A DNA stretch of 64,000 bases, from the NCBI RefSeq assembly GCF_009914755.1, contig NC_060927.1. The stretch is one strand, 5' to 3'. The DNA is from the human T2T-CHM13v2.0 reference genome, Homo sapiens. The notes under the pieces are model-generated. The model did no database searches, was not told where the DNA came from, and was given only the letters and a program-made list of their open reading frames with translations. Of this stretch, positions 63,913-64,000 are shown piece by piece. The first letter of the stretch is position 1, and every line of letters begins with the position of its first letter. Made by a program: the position numbers and the translations under genes.

Positions 63913-64000
63913 TTAAGATAAAAAGGAATACCACATTGCTAGTGTTGCTGTCTCCTTCCCCACTGAAATCATTCTCCTCTTTAAAAGCTAAAGTCAAAAG

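Overview
Primate, most likely human, genomic DNA: AT-rich and dense in Alu/L1/L2/MIR/LTR repeats, with an L1 fragment carrying L1HS-type diagnostic bases. Two spliced genes lie in tandem on the minus strand. The 5' part of MRPL3 covers coding exons 1-6 (16569 down to 1429) with its CpG-island promoter at ~16.4-16.8 kb. The 3' end of CPNE4 covers its last three coding exons (63788 down to the stop at 48911) and a 3' UTR to ~47.3 kb. The ~30 kb between them holds a nested retroelement stack (an old L1PB-like host interrupted by a HERV-H provirus, a MER9 solo LTR and a younger L1PA) and a BCL2L12 retropseudogene. I find no new protein-coding gene or multi-gene system. The notable signals are structural: (1) a TSD-bounded, semi-processed BCL2L12 retrocopy with a skipped exon and apparently retained Alu-rich terminal intron; (2) a ~95 bp L1HS-type 3' stub oriented sense to MRPL3; (3) a dead copy of the CPNE4 terminal exon inside its own last intron; (4) a HERV-H whose 5' LTR has collapsed to 46 bp while the 3' LTR points at MRPL3; (5) several short local templated duplications and fold-back inverted repeats. 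Exon boundaries were read from GT/AG sites and reading frame. Gene names rest on recall of the protein sequences. Old-repeat boundaries and subfamily labels are by eye and approximate.
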